From a virus: 64,000 bases of DNA. The stretch lies in the IMG/VR virus record IMGVR_UViG_3300034152_000419, positions 12,829 through 76,828 of that record; one strand, 5' to 3'. Position numbers and translations under genes: made by a program. The stretch's first letter is position 1; every line of letters starts with the position of its first letter. Below the pieces are notes generated by a model. That model was given only the letters and a program-made list of their open reading frames with translations, did no database searches and was not told the origin of the DNA. This document shows positions 17,313-27,306 of the stretch, one piece after another.

Positions 17313-20300
17313 TTAAAACATCATAAAATTCCATAACTCCTCCGCCGCTTTTCTGTTTCCCCATCCAGAATAACCCCGGAAAAGATTGTGCATCCGACTT
17401 TGTTGAATTGCTCTGACAAGCAGATCCCGACGTCGTTCCATCGAAGTGACCTCCTCTGTCGAGAGACCATATTTCCGACCGAGTTGCTCGACATCGAGTG
17501 CGTCGAGTCGTTTCATCAAAACCTCTCGTTTATGGATCGAGAGGATCGAATTAAAACCGGGGACCGTTGTGCTCGGTTGCATCGCCGCTCCGCACCGAAA
17601 CTCTCGCATACCGAGCAGATCGTCGATCCCCTCCTGCGGAAAAGCATATCCGTTGTCGATGAGAATCATTTTGCCTTTGCCGCGACCCTCGACGACTCTC
17701 ATCCAGTTTTTCCCGTGACGGTCCGTGTTGCCGATCAGGAAATCAAAAATCGTTGAATTATAGACATCCTCGTCTTTCAGATCGCGGAGAGGACTCGTCC
17801 GAAATTTTCTCGCGAACTCCGCCTCGGTGATTGCGTCCCCCCTGAAATATTGCAGAGATCCGGTTTTCCCATTGATCTTGACGAGCCGTGTCTCCGGGAC
17901 GAGATTCAATCCGAGATATCTGTCGATCTCCCATGCGAGAGCCTCCCTGTGTGCAAGGGGAGCATCCACATTCGTGATCGTTTTCCTGATATCGAACCTC
18001 TCTCCCTCAATCGGTTTAAACACTCCCTTTTGTCCATTCGGGAGAGTGACAATCTGTGTCTCGTTGACACCTCCGCCGAGACCGACGATTTTTTCCTTTT
18101 CTATTTTTCCGAGATCGATGACGAGTTCGCCGCGATTCGCAGTGAGTTGCTTTTTTGTCAGGAAAACTGATTTCCCATCATAGGGATCATTGAGTGAGAC
18201 ATACCAGTTTTTTCGTTCATATTTTAACCATTTGAGTTCATCGGAGACTCTCCTCCACACCTCATGATAATGGAGACGATTCGCCTCCGTGACCGTCATC
18301 TCACCTTTTTTCAATAACGCCTTGAACTCTGTCTCGACGTCGTCATAATGTTTTTTAAAAGATTTTTGCCACGCATCATTGAGACGTTTTTTGCGAATGT
18401 CAGGATCATATTTGTTCAGAGTCTTGACAAATTTATCATCATAATCGACCCACATTTGATGACGGTATTGACGACCGACCGCTCGAATCGTTCTCAATTC
18501 GTGAGTGACAAGAAACTTGACGTCCGCCGGAGAGAACGCATTGTTCGAGGGATGATTGTGCGTCAAGTGTTTCCCTGCAAATGTCTCATATTCTGAGCGA
18601 GTCCATTCGACACTGTGCTTTTTCCCACGTTTCTTGAGTAGGATCTCTCCTGCGTCATCATATACGACCCCATATTCAAAATTGTGATCCGCGATTTCCT
18701 TTTCAATCTGCAAAAGTTTTTGTTCAAATTTTGAGACCGGAGCATGTGTCGTCGGTTGAATTTTCTCCGCCGGAGTGACTTTCGCCGGAGGTTTGACCCG
18801 ACGTCTTTTTCCCGCGAGGATCTTGTCCAGTGCGGACCCGTCCGCCTGATATCCGAGTCTTGTCTCTTTGAACCAGTGCCGCTCTAAAAATTTCACCTCT
18901 CGCAGTGACGCCGGGGATGCAACCCGCACATATCCGCCTTTGTCCTTTGCGAACTGTGCGAAATTCTCGATCACCGTTGTGTCTTGTGCTCTGCCGAAAT
19001 TATAGAATTTATTGACCGTGACCCCGGACTTGTGCTTGTTATACTGAGCGACACAGATATTGTCACCATGACGGGAGACCGCGACGTTTGCTTTTTTGTC
19101 CCCCATCAATCTCCATGCCGCCTGACGGGTTTTGTCCCTGTGAGTGTCCCATCCCTGCATGTGTCGATCCCTGAACAAGAGTCTCTGTTCGGGGACCATC
19201 GGGATTTCATTGAACGACTCGAACGTGACATTCCCATCGAAACGAGTATGCAGGAGAACGACCTCACACCGACATCGGGGATGGAATGGGGGGACGAGAT
19301 CCAGATCACGGATCGCCTCCGGGGGGACGTTGTCGACATCGTCCATTCGGGGAAATTGCCACAGATCCCGGATCGCCTGAACATTTCCCGCAGTGATCCC
19401 GTCATATTCCTGCATTTTGTTGATTGCCATTTCCGCAGAAAAACACCGACCATCGATCCGTTGACACACGGGACAGGTTTTGCGGTCCCTCTCACTGATC
19501 ACTTGATACTCTGAGACTGCATATCCCTGCATCATCGCGACCGCAGTTTTATTCCATGCACGAGCGACCTCGACGTCGCCTGTGATGTCAAATTGTGCAT
19601 GAGGGATCGAGGGGATATTATTGACCCGATTGATGAGTTCCGCACGATCAACCGCACGGACACCCTCTTTGAGTGTTGCCTGAGTTGCAAGTTCCGCGAT
19701 TCGGGGATTGAGAACCTCGGATGGAAATCCGTTTATATAGTCCTGAATAAGGATCGGTTGTTGCAGAGAAAACCACTGATCGAACTGTTCGCGGGAGACC
19801 TTTTCGACCTTGCCGACATCCGCTTGAATCTGATTCACCGTCGGTTCGTGACCACGTTCCGTTGTTGCCTCAATGAACTCGCCGAACCGCTTGTCATAAA
19901 AAACTTGAGACCGATATTGCGTCTCAAGATAGATCTCCTCGACTTTGTCCTTGACGAGTTTCCAGTGACGAGCACCGAGAGACTCCGCGCCTTTGAGGAT
20001 CTTATTCAACCGCTTGTTGTCAACCGTGACAGGATCAGCCTCAAGATCGAACGCATCGACGACCTCGTCCGTGTAATCCTCCCCTCCCGCCTCTTTCCAT
20101 CCGTTGACGAGGACCCGAAACATGAGAGCCGCCTGAGGTCCCCACAGGATCAGATCTCCTGACGCCTTGAGGACCTCCGCGATTGTTTCAAGGGGATTGA
20201 TGAGTTTGAGGTTTCCTGTGTGAATCAAGAACGCCTGATCAAATGAGTCAAGATTCAGGACCTCAACCGGATTCGGTTTTCTCCTCGACAGGTGACTCAT
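17313..20300 (-). CDS. MuF (SPP1 gp7-like) head protein fused to JAB-like and HipA/PI3K-like kinase domains
   Basis: D..TCPVC...PPFHPRCRC; E...THNHPS...FSPAD; GGGVNE...FKP...RE.LA...VPET...GSLQ...NTDRHGKN...IDNG. Confidence 0.8.
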   Translation of the reverse strand: MSHLSRRKPNPVEVLNLDSFDQAFLIHTGNLKLINPLETIAEVLKASGDLILWGPQAALMFRVLVNGWKEAGGEDYTDEVVDAFDLEADPVTVDNKRLNKILKGAESLGARHWKLVKDKVEEIYLETQYRSQVFYDKRFGEFIEATTERGHEPTVNQIQADVGKVEKVSREQFDQWFSLQQPILIQDYINGFPSEVLNPRIAELATQATLKEGVRAVDRAELINRVNNIPSIPHAQFDITGDVEVARAWNKTAVAMMQGYAVSEYQVISERDRKTCPVCQRIDGRCFSAEMAINKMQEYDGITAGNVQAIRDLWQFPRMDDVDNVPPEAIRDLDLVPPFHPRCRCEVVLLHTRFDGNVTFESFNEIPMVPEQRLLFRDRHMQGWDTHRDKTRQAAWRLMGDKKANVAVSRHGDNICVAQYNKHKSGVTVNKFYNFGRAQDTTVIENFAQFAKDKGGYVRVASPASLREVKFLERHWFKETRLGYQADGSALDKILAGKRRRVKPPAKVTPAEKIQPTTHAPVSKFEQKLLQIEKEIADHNFEYGVVYDDAGEILLKKRGKKHSVEWTRSEYETFAGKHLTHNHPSNNAFSPADVKFLVTHELRTIRAVGRQYRHQMWVDYDDKFVKTLNKYDPDIRKKRLNDAWQKSFKKHYDDVETEFKALLKKGEMTVTEANRLHYHEVWRRVSDELKWLKYERKNWYVSLNDPYDGKSVFLTKKQLTANRGELVIDLGKIEKEKIVGLGGGVNETQIVTLPNGQKGVFKPIEGERFDIRKTITNVDAPLAHREALAWEIDRYLGLNLVPETRLVKINGKTGSLQYFRGDAITEAEFARKFRTSPLRDLKDEDVYNSTIFDFLIGNTDRHGKNWMRVVEGRGKGKMILIDNGYAFPQEGIDDLLGMREFRCGAAMQPSTTVPGFNSILSIHKREVLMKRLDALDVEQLGRKYGLSTEEVTSMERRRDLLVRAIQQSRMHNLFRGYSGWGNRKAAEELWNFMMF

Positions 20301-20314
20301 GACTCCCTCCGGGA

Positions 20315-22072
20315 TCAGACGTCGTGTTGACAGGTTTTCCCTGCCTTTTCAACCGCTCTGTCGAGTGCTCCCGTGTCGATTGCCGATTGAAAGTTTGTCA
20401 AGAATCGATAGAGAGAGACCTCATCGGGAGAGAACATATCCGACTTGAAAAACTTTTCTGTCATCGCCGGGAGCAGACGTTGACGGGGGACCGGGAGTTG
20501 TTTCGAGTTTTTCTCCGCAATTTCCCCAGTGACCAGAGGTTCGACCCCTGCGAGTTGACCCAGTTCGAGCAGTTTCATGACAATCGGGAGAGGATAGTTC
20601 GCCCACGACGCATCGAACTGACTCATCTCAAGTGCAAATGCCTTGTTTGCCATAGCAATCGCGTTATTGATCGAAAATGCTCCGATATCGGAGAACATCT
20701 TGACACCCTCGGAGATCTCCCCCGAACCGACAATCTGAGGACCTTTGCTTTTGTATTTCCATTGATCGATTTTCAGTTCCCGCTTGACGAGAGTATTGTT
20801 GACGTTCTCGTCGAACTCGGTCCTCTCTGGAATGAAAATCTGCTCCTCCGCGACCATCCTTGCCGCCGTCGCCGTCGCGTGAGTATATGTCTCGGACTGT
20901 CCGATATACAGATCCGGGAGTCTGTATCGGTGACGGACGTCGTCCTTTGCAGTGTTCAGATATCGGTCGAACATCATGTCCTCTTTCCGATATTCTGTCA
21001 TGTTCTTGAGTTCCATTTTCGCCGAACCTTTTTCCTCGATTCCCAGTCCCTCGACCTGAGATTCAAGCAGAGCGATTCGGTTGAAATTTTCCTCACCCCT
21101 CATCGATCTCAGGATCGAATAAAGTTCATCGAGCGATTCGTCGTTCAGGACTCCGCCGGAGATCATGATCAGGAGGGGAGCAATCCCCTGATTTTTGAAA
21201 AGATCATAATTGACGAACTGAGAGGATCTGCGTCCCATGACCTGTAACACCGCACCGATCCACCGGGGGACCCCGTAAATTTCACCCCCGAATGACGTCT
21301 TGAAATACCAGACCTCCGATGCTTTATATCGAGTCTGTTCGACATAATCCCCGGAGCGATAGTCCATGATCCGGGGATCGCCGAACTCTTTAAAATATCG
21401 CAGTTTCGTTCCGTATTTCGAGATCTGAACGAACCTTTTGAATGTCTTTTTGATCTTGATTGTTGTCGGTTTCCCATTCCGCATCAATGTGACCTCGACC
21501 GGGACCGGATTTTCTTTCCGTGCCGAGACCCGCATATATTTGAACGGGAGATGATAAATGAGTTGAACCTCTCCGATCCGGTTTCGGATCACCTCGAATC
21601 CAGAATTTCCGAGGACCTCAAGATCCTCCCTTTGCTTTTTGCGGACCGTCATGAATGATTCGGTCTCGTTGACCTGATCAAAAAAGTTCTCCGCCTTGAT
21701 CCGTTGCGTCTGTGCGTCCGTCGTCTCCCGTTCCGTCGCATCGTCGCCGAGAAAATCCAGTCGATATCCGAAACCATCCACATTCAGTTGCATCGCCTCG
21801 ATGACTGCCTGTAAAATATCGGACTCCTCATAGATTGTATAAAGATTGACAAAATTGAACGGAGGTTTGAGGATTCTCTCGGATTCATAGATCTCAACAA
21901 AAGGATCGGTCTCCTCGACATATCGACGATGGAGACCCTCATCGTCCTGTTTGAAAAGATCCCGGATCTTTTGCAGTTTGTATCGTCTCTCACTGATTCT
22001 CGATGTCCCTCCCTCCGAGGACTGACGACTCGCGAGATCAACGACTTTCCTTTGTTCGATGTCTTTTGCCAT
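20315..22072 (-). CDS. Portal protein (PBSX/XkdE-like)
   Basis: DLEVLGNSGFEVIRN..GE, YFKEFGDPR, YGVPRW, F.NQGI.P; upstream of MuF. Confidence 0.85.
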   Translation of the reverse strand: MAKDIEQRKVVDLASRQSSEGGTSRISERRYKLQKIRDLFKQDDEGLHRRYVEETDPFVEIYESERILKPPFNFVNLYTIYEESDILQAVIEAMQLNVDGFGYRLDFLGDDATERETTDAQTQRIKAENFFDQVNETESFMTVRKKQREDLEVLGNSGFEVIRNRIGEVQLIYHLPFKYMRVSARKENPVPVEVTLMRNGKPTTIKIKKTFKRFVQISKYGTKLRYFKEFGDPRIMDYRSGDYVEQTRYKASEVWYFKTSFGGEIYGVPRWIGAVLQVMGRRSSQFVNYDLFKNQGIAPLLIMISGGVLNDESLDELYSILRSMRGEENFNRIALLESQVEGLGIEEKGSAKMELKNMTEYRKEDMMFDRYLNTAKDDVRHRYRLPDLYIGQSETYTHATATAARMVAEEQIFIPERTEFDENVNNTLVKRELKIDQWKYKSKGPQIVGSGEISEGVKMFSDIGAFSINNAIAMANKAFALEMSQFDASWANYPLPIVMKLLELGQLAGVEPLVTGEIAEKNSKQLPVPRQRLLPAMTEKFFKSDMFSPDEVSLYRFLTNFQSAIDTGALDRAVEKAGKTCQHDV

Positions 22073-22083
22073 GTCGGACCTCC

Positions 22084-24735
22084 TCAGATTTTCAACTCCT
22101 CCATCTCAGCGAGATTCTGACCGATTTCAGCCTCGGCCTTGAGAGGGACGACCAGTTCAACCCCGAAATCCCTTTTCAGCGGGGGGTTTTCCATTTCGTT
22201 AATTATTGCTCCTGCATAGTCTGTCACTCGACTGCAATCCTTAATCAAAAAAACGAGAGAGTCGTGAATGAACAGCACAGGGAAAAAATAATCAGGATCA
22301 AAAATTTCTTTTTTTCGCGACTCGTTAAGTGCAATCAGCACCGTGTCGGATGACGGACTTTGAATCGGATGATTTATCGCTTGCCGCTCTGCCTCCCATC
22401 GGACACCCTTGTCGTTTGAGTGGATTTCGGGGAGATGACGCCGACGTCCGAACACTGATTCAACATAACCCTTTTGACGACAAAATTCAACGATTTCCTC
22501 GTGATATCGTTCGAGTCCCGGATATTTCCCGAAAAAGATATTGACCCAGTCCTCCGCTTGTTCATATTCAAGATCGATCCCATACTCCTCTTTTGCATAT
22601 CGGATGAAACCCGCGACTGTCATTCTGAACAGGAGACCGAAATTCACGGACTTTGCATCCCGTCGAGCTTTCCATTTTTCAAATTTGTCAAGTTCGTCAA
22701 AAGGTTTCGGGGAGAGAGACTTTGCAGTTTCCGTGTGAATGTCGAGCGAGGCATCCCGGAAAATTCGGATCATGTTTCTGTCGAGTGAGACATGAGACGC
22801 CCATCTCAATTCAGATTGACTCTCATCGACCTCAAGCAACAACCATCCGGGGGGAGCAGATATCAGCCGCCGGATTTTCTTTGCCGACTTTGATCTCTTT
22901 GGATTGTTCATCATGTTCGGATCGGAGGATGCAATCCGACCCGTGACCGCGACCACGAGAGAAAACTTTGAATGAATTTTCCCGTCGTGCCGGATGTGCT
23001 GGTCGAATCCGTTGAGATATCGACTCCACAGTGTATGTAATTCTTTAAACTCTCCGAACTCTGTGAGAAACCGCTCCGCATTTTTTGTGAGTCTGCCGTC
23101 GAGCAGTTCTTTTCGGACCGCTTTGTCTGCCGCCGGGAGTCCGCTTTTTGTTTTCTTGATCGACTTGAGCCGGAATCCCTGAGGATCAAAAAGAATATCC
23201 CGGACCAGTTCAGACCGAGTGAGGACAATCCCGTCCTTTTTATTCTTTGCGATGTTTTTCTTTCGGTGATCGTCGCGATGGAGAACTTTTTTCGGGACCG
23301 TCATGAGTGCTTTGCGTTGATGCTTGAGCATCTCAATTCGGACCTCCTCCGCGACCTCCGGGAGAGCCGCACGATCAATCGGACACCCATTCGACTCAAG
23401 CATCATGAGTGATTTCAGAGTCGGCATAATAAACTTGACGAGATAGTTCACATATTTCGGGTTTTTCGCGAGTTCTTTTTTCAATCCCTGTGTGACCTGA
23501 TATGTGACATCTGCGTCCTGTGCCGCATAATCTGTCCGCGACTCACGGGGGACGGACAACATATCCGCCTTGTCATATTTTTTCTCGAACTCAATATTGT
23601 ATTCGTTTTTAATATTGCTATAAAATTTTTGCAGTTCGTCGAGTCTCGACATCTTGAACAGGTTTTCATCGATCAAGTGTGACGCCGCTTGAGTATCGAT
23701 GACCCATCCCTCTATTTTTGGGAGATATCCTCTCTCCCTCGCGAATGTCGTCTCAATGCAGTGAAAATCAAATGACCCATTATGTGTATAAATGCGGATA
23801 TTCTCATCCGCGAGCAGTGCCTCGATCTCATCGAGTTTCCGTTCAAAGTCCTCGACCCTTTTGACATAGACATCGACGAGTTGTCTCTTTTTCTTTCCCG
23901 GAGGGATTCGATTCCACTTGAAAGTATAATCCCACGAATCCCCCGCTCCGACCTCCTCGAACAATACGAAATCATATCCAGACCCCGACTTATCCGACAG
24001 GGAGAGCGAAATCATTATATAATTCGGATCAAGCCAGTCGAGACCCTGTCCCTCCGTGTCGAGAGCGACGGGTTTTTTCTGATCGATCAAAAACTGAATC
24101 GAGTCCACCTCCTGATAGTGTGTGACCCGACTGTCCTCCGGGGGAGTGTAATTATTCCGCATAAACCGCTTGACGGTTTTGAGATCCTCCACGAGCAGAG
24201 GTTTGAGGGATCGGTTTCTGAGAATATATGCAGGATGGAAACAAGGCATCACATAACAGTCGAACTCTTTTGAGAACTCATATCGACCACGTGCCTTTGT
24301 GATTCCAGACTTTCGGAGGATCTGACGGAGTGCGAAATCCCCGGAGGCGATGATCAATTTCGGTTTGAGGATCTCGATTGTCCTTGTCACATATTCCCGA
24401 CAAAAACTCAGAGCAGAGGTGATCTCTTTCCCTGACATTTTGCTTTTGTCGATCCGACATCGGGCGGAGTTCATGACGTAGAACCGAGAGAAAACGAGAC
24501 CCGCCTCCTCCGCACATTCTTTGATCATGTCTCCCGCCGCACCGACAAACGGTTTCCCCTCGACCTCCTCGTTATATCCGGGAGATTCCCCGATGAAAAC
24601 AACTTTCGCCTTTTTGTTTCCACCATAGGGGACCTCGATTTTCTTAAACAGAGGACACTCCCGGATTCGACATTTTTTGCCGCCTGTGTCTTTTCGTTTC
24701 TGCTTGAATCTAATTTTTCGGACCTGTGATTTCAT
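22084..24735 (-). CDS. polA: Family A DNA polymerase with N-terminal family-4 UDG domain (SPO1-like)
   Basis: GESPG..E...G.PFVGAAG, FHPAYILR; exonuclease DTE, HNGSFD, YAAQD; polymerase DESQSELR, R..AK.VNFGL, IQS, HDS. Confidence 0.9.
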   Translation of the reverse strand: MKSQVRKIRFKQKRKDTGGKKCRIRECPLFKKIEVPYGGNKKAKVVFIGESPGYNEEVEGKPFVGAAGDMIKECAEEAGLVFSRFYVMNSARCRIDKSKMSGKEITSALSFCREYVTRTIEILKPKLIIASGDFALRQILRKSGITKARGRYEFSKEFDCYVMPCFHPAYILRNRSLKPLLVEDLKTVKRFMRNNYTPPEDSRVTHYQEVDSIQFLIDQKKPVALDTEGQGLDWLDPNYIMISLSLSDKSGSGYDFVLFEEVGAGDSWDYTFKWNRIPPGKKKRQLVDVYVKRVEDFERKLDEIEALLADENIRIYTHNGSFDFHCIETTFARERGYLPKIEGWVIDTQAASHLIDENLFKMSRLDELQKFYSNIKNEYNIEFEKKYDKADMLSVPRESRTDYAAQDADVTYQVTQGLKKELAKNPKYVNYLVKFIMPTLKSLMMLESNGCPIDRAALPEVAEEVRIEMLKHQRKALMTVPKKVLHRDDHRKKNIAKNKKDGIVLTRSELVRDILFDPQGFRLKSIKKTKSGLPAADKAVRKELLDGRLTKNAERFLTEFGEFKELHTLWSRYLNGFDQHIRHDGKIHSKFSLVVAVTGRIASSDPNMMNNPKRSKSAKKIRRLISAPPGWLLLEVDESQSELRWASHVSLDRNMIRIFRDASLDIHTETAKSLSPKPFDELDKFEKWKARRDAKSVNFGLLFRMTVAGFIRYAKEEYGIDLEYEQAEDWVNIFFGKYPGLERYHEEIVEFCRQKGYVESVFGRRRHLPEIHSNDKGVRWEAERQAINHPIQSPSSDTVLIALNESRKKEIFDPDYFFPVLFIHDSLVFLIKDCSRVTDYAGAIINEMENPPLKRDFGVELVVPLKAEAEIGQNLAEMEELKI

Positions 24736-25441
24736 CGAAATTCGGTTTCTCGATTGTCTCGTTCAGATCCATCGGCATAAAAGCACCGACGACATCGTTG
24801 ACGAAACCCTGATTTTTGACCCGGATCTGAACCGGAGTGATGTTCGATTCTTTCATTCCAAAGAATGACGCCGAGGGAAATTTTTTGACCGCGAAATCAA
24901 AATACATTCCTTGAACCGGGACCATCGTCTCTCCGGTTTCGTCACATAACCAGATCAACTCGATCCCTCCGAGATCAGACATTTGCCAGATCCGGGGAGT
25001 GAGTTCGACGAGATTTTTCATTTTATTCACAGAACCGAGAGTCGCCGGGACCGCTTTTTGAAATTCCGCCGATCCTTTTTTCGGTTTCATCGACGCATAA
25101 GGTTTCGCAAAAATCAGGAAATATCCGTCTGAAATAAAGGTTTTCTTTTTGTAAGTTCCCGTCAACCATTGTCCGTCAGTGTCTCTGACTTTCAAGTGAT
25201 CTGATTTTTTGCGACGTTCAAAAGGCAACCCCCGTCGGAGATCCGCAATTCTGCTCTTGAAAGCCTCTGCCTTTTTGATCCCCTCCTCGGTGAGGTTTCC
25301 CTTTTTGTCGCACAGACCCGCTTGTTCGAGACGGATTATTGATTCGGGATCGATTGAGATCATCCGGTTCGCATAATCGATCTTTTTGATCTCCATATCT
25401 GCGCGGGACAGACACACGAGATCGTCCACGGATAAAACCAT
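24710..25441 (-). CDS. Hypothetical protein
   Basis: RBS AGGAGG; overlaps the polA start. Confidence 0.7.
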   Translation of the reverse strand: MVLSVDDLVCLSRADMEIKKIDYANRMISIDPESIIRLEQAGLCDKKGNLTEEGIKKAEAFKSRIADLRRGLPFERRKKSDHLKVRDTDGQWLTGTYKKKTFISDGYFLIFAKPYASMKPKKGSAEFQKAVPATLGSVNKMKNLVELTPRIWQMSDLGGIELIWLCDETGETMVPVQGMYFDFAVKKFPSASFFGMKESNITPVQIRVKNQGFVNDVVGAFMPMDLNETIEKPNFDEITGPKN

Positions 25442-25476
25442 CTGACACCTCCTCATGATATGATTAAAATTACCTA

Positions 25477-25505
25477 TACATATCACAGGTGAATGTTTTT
25501 GTCAA
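25477..25505 (-). promoter_or_regulatory. Sigma70-type promoter abutting palindrome copy 5
   Basis: TTGACA-17 nt-TATGTA with upstream TG. Confidence 0.5.
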
Positions 25506-25521
25506 GTGCACACGTGTGCAC
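25506..25521. repeat. 16-bp palindrome, copy 5
   Basis: Perfect; immediately upstream of the -35 box. Confidence 0.85.
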
Positions 25522-25522
25522 G

Positions 25523-25693
25523 TCACACGTCGGGGAGATTTTCCGGTTTATTCTGAACGAATTTTTCTTTTTCTCCCTGATAGATCAGATCGATTTCCTC
25601 ATCGGTCTTTCCCGCAGTTTTCATCAACGAAAAAGCACCATTGATCAAGGTTTTCGCGACCTCGATCAGCGCGAGAGCAGTGACTTGATCCAT
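25523..25693 (-). CDS. Small hypothetical protein (lysis region)
   Basis: RBS GAGGAGG. Confidence 0.6.
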   Translation of the reverse strand: MDQVTALALIEVAKTLINGAFSLMKTAGKTDEEIDLIYQGEKEKFVQNKPENLPDV

Positions 25694-25734
25694 TGTAAAC
25701 CTCCTCAGTTTCAATCAGTTAAAAGCGACCCGGA

Positions 25735-26112
25735 TCAATCGACCACAAGGACCGCGAGTTGATCCAGATAATTGATAATTTTTTGTTCGGTTTCCGTTGA
25801 CGGGACCGCGCCTGAGTCCACATAGGACATATAAAGTTCGATCAGAGGATAGACCTCAGACAGAATCTTTTTCTTTTTTCGGAGGATCTCCCGCTCCGCC
25901 TCTGTCAATTCAGGTTTTGCCGCCTGTGTTTGATAATTTGAATATTGCTTGTTATACATACTCATCATGAACGTCGCTTTTTCTTTCGCCGACATCTCAT
26001 CGAATGTCTTGATATTATTCGTCGGACACCCTATCAGAGCAATCGACATGAAAGCGACAGCGAGCAACATGACGAGCAGTCCCAAAAAACGCGAGAACTG
26101 AATTTTGTTCAT
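25735..26112 (-). CDS. Lipoprotein (possible spanin component)
   Basis: Signal peptide with lipobox LIGC; near holin and endolysin. Confidence 0.6.
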   Translation of the reverse strand: MNKIQFSRFLGLLVMLLAVAFMSIALIGCPTNNIKTFDEMSAKEKATFMMSMYNKQYSNYQTQAAKPELTEAEREILRKKKKILSEVYPLIELYMSYVDSGAVPSTETEQKIINYLDQLAVLVVD

Positions 26113-26159
26113 TTAACACCTCCTCGTTTTTGTCCATTCAACCATTGATCCCGGATCGA

Positions 26160-26420
26160 TTAAACTCCCGGAGGACTTGGGGGAGTTGTGCGTCCTCCCG
26201 TCAATAGAGCAGTCTTGTCAGAACTGCCTTTCGATGATCCGAAAAACCAGTTCACGACGGTCGTCGCGAGGACGATCCATGCACCGACGATCATGTTCAG
26301 GATCTTTTCCAGAAAATCAGGGACCCTCTCCGGCATGAAAAAGACACTCCCGGAAATAGCCAAAAATCCGATGAGCACTATGACCGCGATTGCAATCTGA
26401 CCCTTTGTCATGTTTGTCAA
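26160..26420 (-). CDS. Putative holin
   Basis: Two TM segments followed by WFFGSSKGS..K. Confidence 0.7.
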   Translation of the reverse strand: MTNMTKGQIAIAVIVLIGFLAISGSVFFMPERVPDFLEKILNMIVGAWIVLATTVVNWFFGSSKGSSDKTALLTGGRTTPPSPPGV

Positions 26421-26435
26421 TTAGATCACCTCCTC

Positions 26436-26858
26436 TCAAAAAGATGGGGGAGCAAGATATAAATAGATCATCCACGATTTCGGATTCCCGTCCACCTCCG
26501 CCGAGGCGGAGTCCGTCGAGAGAGTCCAGTCCGAGCACTCATCCGCCGAGCACGATCTCACTTGAAAAATATAATGACCCGCCTTGTTGAGTTGAACTGT
26601 GAATTGTGGATTGTCTCTTTGCGGGACCGTCCCCCGTGCAAGAACCGCAAAATTTTTCTCCGGTTGAATCGCCTCCCATTGATACTCTGTCAAATTTGTG
26701 TTCTCGACCTTGTCCCACGCGACCGTGAAACTCGACCCGGACGTCGCCCAGTATGTGTGAGCATCATAAAAATCAGGGATCGTTTCCTGAGCCTGACCGG
26801 GGACAGTCAAACAGAGCATGAACAGGAGGACGACCCATATCTTGAACAGTGTTTTCAT
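26436..26858 (-). CDS. Secreted fibronectin-III-like protein
   Basis: Signal peptide; TVAWD...Y.FQVRS...SDW. Confidence 0.6.
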   Translation of the reverse strand: MKTLFKIWVVLLFMLCLTVPGQAQETIPDFYDAHTYWATSGSSFTVAWDKVENTNLTEYQWEAIQPEKNFAVLARGTVPQRDNPQFTVQLNKAGHYIFQVRSCSADECSDWTLSTDSASAEVDGNPKSWMIYLYLAPPSF

Positions 26859-26930
26859 GGTCGTCCTCCCCTGTCACCTTTTAATGTTCTCACAAAGTTT
26901 TGAGCAGATCAGCCGGATCAGTTGAGCAAC

Positions 26931-27275
26931 TCACTCCGCGATGAACTCAAGATCCGTCGGGGGAGCCGGAGCAACAAAATCAAGACCGATCCCACTGAGC
27001 ACCGACATCCCGGATTCGTTCCCTGCGTCGTCGATTGCCGTCAGTCCGAGATTATAGGTTCCATCGAGCGTCTGCATCGCGTCAACCCCCGTCAGATCGA
27101 GGATCTTTTTTCCCGGACTGTTCGGATCGTCCGGGAGATCAGCCGCGACGAAATCATGATTCGGTGACGTGTAATCGACCGGAGTTTCCGCCGGGGACCA
27201 GTAAAGACGATATCCCGTCACGTCCGGGGACGAGGACGGAGTGAAAGCGATTTTTCCTTTTGCGACTTGAGCCAT
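26931..27275 (-). CDS. Fibronectin-III/Ig-like protein
   Basis: DVTGYRLYW...TAIDDAGNES...APAPPT.L. Confidence 0.7.
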   Translation of the reverse strand: MAQVAKGKIAFTPSSSPDVTGYRLYWSPAETPVDYTSPNHDFVAADLPDDPNSPGKKILDLTGVDAMQTLDGTYNLGLTAIDDAGNESGMSVLSGIGLDFVAPAPPTDLEFIAE

Positions 27276-27306
27276 TTTGAGACCTCCCTTTTTGATTTTG
27301 GGTTTT

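Noticed and set aside
3008-24735. Inteins or introns in RecA, DnaB or PolA
   Set aside because: Lengths are normal and no splice-junction or homing endonuclease motifs are visible.
22084-24735. hmU-modified genome inferred from the SPO1-like polymerase
   Set aside because: No dUMP hydroxymethylase or related nucleotide genes in the window; the fusion alone is insufficient.
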